A stretch of DNA of 64,000 nucleotides. It comes from Pocillopora damicornis. Taxonomy: Eukaryota. A program made the translations under genes and the position numbers. The stretch lies in NCBI RefSeq assembly GCF_003704095.1, contig NW_020845567.1, forward strand, positions 248,001 to 312,000, written 5' to 3'. A model generated the notes under the pieces. That model did not search any database. It was not told where the DNA came from and was given only the letters and a program-made list of their open reading frames with translations. Shown piece by piece: positions 60,893 to 64,000 of the stretch; the stretch's first letter is position 1, and every line of letters begins with the position of its first letter.

Positions 60893-63800
60893 CACTTCGA
60901 GAGCATGGAACAATCCACTTTTAACGTTGCTGCTGTTGTACAAAGGAATGAAACAATGAATTCTTTCGATAATTACGAAGGACCTTTCCACGTCAAAAAA
61001 ACTATTATTGGAACAGAATTGTTTACTTATGAAATGGAAGCAAAGAAATTGCAGAAAGGAAATATTGGTCAGTTATTTGATGATGACATTCCTTCATAAC
61101 ATTACGGGCCGCACGGCATCGAAAGACACAGTAACTTGTTTACAAACCATGGACGCATGATGTAATACTCTGGGTGTAACAAGTAACCTATTGAACCCCT
61201 TTAATTAATTTGGCAGCTTCTAAGGTTTTTTGAAAAATGCGCTTTGCAGTAAAGATATTGAAACGTATGTAACAATAAAACGAACTAGCCACATGAAGTA
61301 AAGAACCTTGATGAGTAACTAACTTATTATTTGCTTTTCATCTTACATGTCTACGATATATGCCACAAAATTCCGAGTAAATTGATCCCTAGATCAATAG
61401 ATATTGATCCCTAAATTGATCACCATGCTAAACAAATTTCTGTGGAAGTACAAAGGAGACGGTAAAAAACCCTCACAATTAAACCTCAGTGTTCCTATGA
61501 TATCGCAGTTGTATGTTTTTTGGCCGCGTTCTGTGCCAACAGTGTCTGGCTTTACTTTACTCCCCGCTGAACCTGAAGATGCAGGAATTTAACCTATCAC
61601 TAAATGTAAAGAAAACACCACTTAATATAAAACAAAACAAACTGAGTAAGACTTTCGATCCGCATTATCGAGTGTGTGTTTCAGATAAGCCCCAACGCAT
61701 TTCCCGTTTGGATATACTATTTACAGTTTGCGAACATACTGTAAATATGCCTATTGTCAATCATGGTTTGTTTCTAAGCGTGACAGCTCTGACAAAACTG
61801 TTCATCAGTCTTATATCATCTTGTATTATCTTATTCATGAGGACATTCAAGGTGATAAAGACACCTGTATTCAGATAGAATGAGAGAAATTTTTTCAAGG
61901 AACTGCCTTCACTTCACGATTGAGTATCCTCACTTGGTTGTGTACTCAACACTCAGGGGTGGATTTGAAATGGTGAATTGAAAGTAGGTGTTTAGAAAGT
62001 AGAAATATGTACGGTGGCAATAAAATTTGATCAGGTTGGCCCCTAATAGTAAATATTCGTGGTTGAAGCTTACCCGCCCGTTTACACGGATAAATACTTG
62101 GCACCGGGATAATGAAACGAAGCTGCAGTGGAACTGAGTCGCATCAGAGGCCTATGACACGAGAAAACTTTCACTGACTTGTATTTTTGAACCAATCGTA
62201 TTGGAGCCTGCCTCGTATGTTCTTCACTTGGTCGGTCGTTTTCTGGGGGTTTTCTTCAAGTATGACTTGTGAAGACACTAAAGAAGATTAGTGAACAAAG
62301 GTACACACATAATCTTATTGTCGTTTTCAGATTATGAAATACATCAATAGCAAAGACATGAAAAGAGGTTGAAAACGTCTTCCGACAAGAGATAATCACT
62401 CACAAAAAACGAGCAATAAGGGATTGGGAAAGTTCGGATAGATCGGTGCCTGAATCAGCGTGGAAAGCACACTAAAGTAATACCTTTAAGGACGTTAAAG
62501 TAGTTGCGAAAGCGATTCCCTAAAAAAAGCAGGGATTAAGTTGTAATCTCACTTCTCTGTAGCAACATAGGTCACGCAAATGAAGGGATATGATCGTGAA
62601 ATTGAAAATAAACTGTTGACTTAAGGTAATTTGCTATAATTGTACTAACTTAAACAGTGTTTAGGGGAGGAGCAGTCATTTACTGATTTTCTTCATGGCG
62701 TTCATCGAGTGATTTGTAAATAAGCGGCTTCCTCGAATGTTTTAAATTTCAGATAATATAAGAGCTCTCCATTGTACCTCATTATCAGTGTTAAAAAACA
62801 AAAACATTTGCGCGGCAACACCATTTGAAATTCGATTCGATAAGAATTGTTAAACGAAGTCGTTATAATTGGAATATATCTTTGAAAAATCAGGACGCCT
62901 CTCTTGTCCAAATGTCTAAATCAAATCGTCTTATTTCTACGCATGATTTATTTATACACATGATTTGCGTCAATTGCCGCGATTGCCAACGTCCTATCAG
63001 CCCAACATGTCAGATGTAGTTAAGCAATTGGCGGTACTTTCTGTCGGTTTACCGATTACCGGTTTCGCACGCGCAGGATGTTGGGAGAACACGAGAACAG
63101 TATGTACATCACAAGTCAGTGGCGAGAGTATAGAAGGTTTTCGAGATCTGCCAGTTCTCTGAGTTCGGGGTTCGGTAATGCTTAAAGTACGCGTTCAATA
63201 ATATGAAAGTCTTCGTTTTGGAATTCTTAAATTGTTTGAATACAATTCAAGATGGTCGGTTGTCAGTTACTGTCACAAAGGAACATGAACTTGTTTGTTC
63301 GTAATCTTGCAAGAGACAACGCTTTAAAATGTTTTGATTGTAAGCAATTCTGAGAAGAATGTTTTTGGATGAGGAAGTAAAATGACCTCAGTTCTAAGAA
63401 ACTGCGGACTTGAAACATAATCTTCGTACTCTTCTCAGACAACAATTAGATTTTTTCCACTCTCCTTGTCACTCGTTTTCTAAAATGATTACAATTCTCT
63501 GAATATTTAATATAATGGCTTGATCCCCTGCAAACTGAAACAATCAAATGATGTTAGTATCACTGAGTTTAAAGCACACGAAGAGAAGAACATTTTGAGA
63601 TGTTAAAGGATATAGATAGATATGTATGCCTTTTTTTTGTTAGGCTGTGAAATGGTGCCGGCAGTGCTGAGCTCTGCCAAACCTTAACGCGTTTTTTATA
63701 AAAAACTCTTAACACAAACATCTTTATTCAATATCTCATCAGGTCTAGCTGTATCAGCTCAAAATTTTCAGATTTTTCAATGCGCTGAGTGCGCTGTGCA

Positions 63801-64000
63801 CAACTGCCAGCATATAAGACACAGTATATGTGAAATGCGTCTGAAGATCAATTTGTGCGAAATATGTAGTGCGTCATCATATCACAACAGAGGAAACGGT
63901 CAATGTATTCTTGATACACCTCTATCATTTTCTTATTTTCACTTCCTATGAAGATTGCCGAGCGACACGAGCCTTGTAAGGTGAACGGATGACTATCACT

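Noticed and set aside
60893-60991. N-terminal extension of ORF 60257-60991
   Set aside because: That ORF begins at a non-ATG codon. The ATG at 60892 directly precedes a signal-peptide-like segment and is the more plausible start.
63007-63099. Possible first exon MSDVVKQLAVLSVGLPITGFARAGCWENTRT of a divergent gene
   Set aside because: Start context and donor are plausible, but the next strong acceptor (about 63643) gives an early stop and I recognise no homology. It cannot be supported within this window.
1-64000. CRISPR arrays, operons or prokaryotic defence systems
   Set aside because: The sequence is eukaryotic with spliceosomal introns, and I saw no regularly spaced repeat-spacer array or bacterial-type gene cluster.

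Overview
AT-rich, intron-rich animal genomic DNA from a draft assembly with N gaps. The gene set and repeat families suggest a cnidarian, probably a stony coral (inference). I reconstructed five spliced protein-coding genes by reading splice sites and checking frame at each junction: ATG7 (minus, 11 coding exons, continues past the left edge), VGLL4 (plus, head-to-head with ATG7), OFD1 (plus, 21 coding exons, about 662 aa), a SLAIN-family gene (minus, 16 exons, about 529 aa) and a CACHD1/alpha2delta-like VWA-Cache type I membrane protein (minus, 26 exons, about 1402 aa). Introns and spacers contain decayed LINEs (CR1/L2-like, R4/Dong-like), tRNA-derived SINEs, MITEs, a Crypton-like remnant and Penelope-type fragments with hammerhead ribozyme cores. 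The most notable observations are: the SLAIN centre is an array of duplicated, symmetric phase-1 mini-exons; an intronic hammerhead core runs into an assembly gap next to (TA)n; the Cache protein has an extra tandem SEA-like stalk and degenerate amino-acid-binding motifs; OFD1 has a candidate 4-nt stop-creating microexon; and the ATG7-VGLL4 linkage has the opposite orientation to human. All homology calls are by motif recognition; no database search was run.
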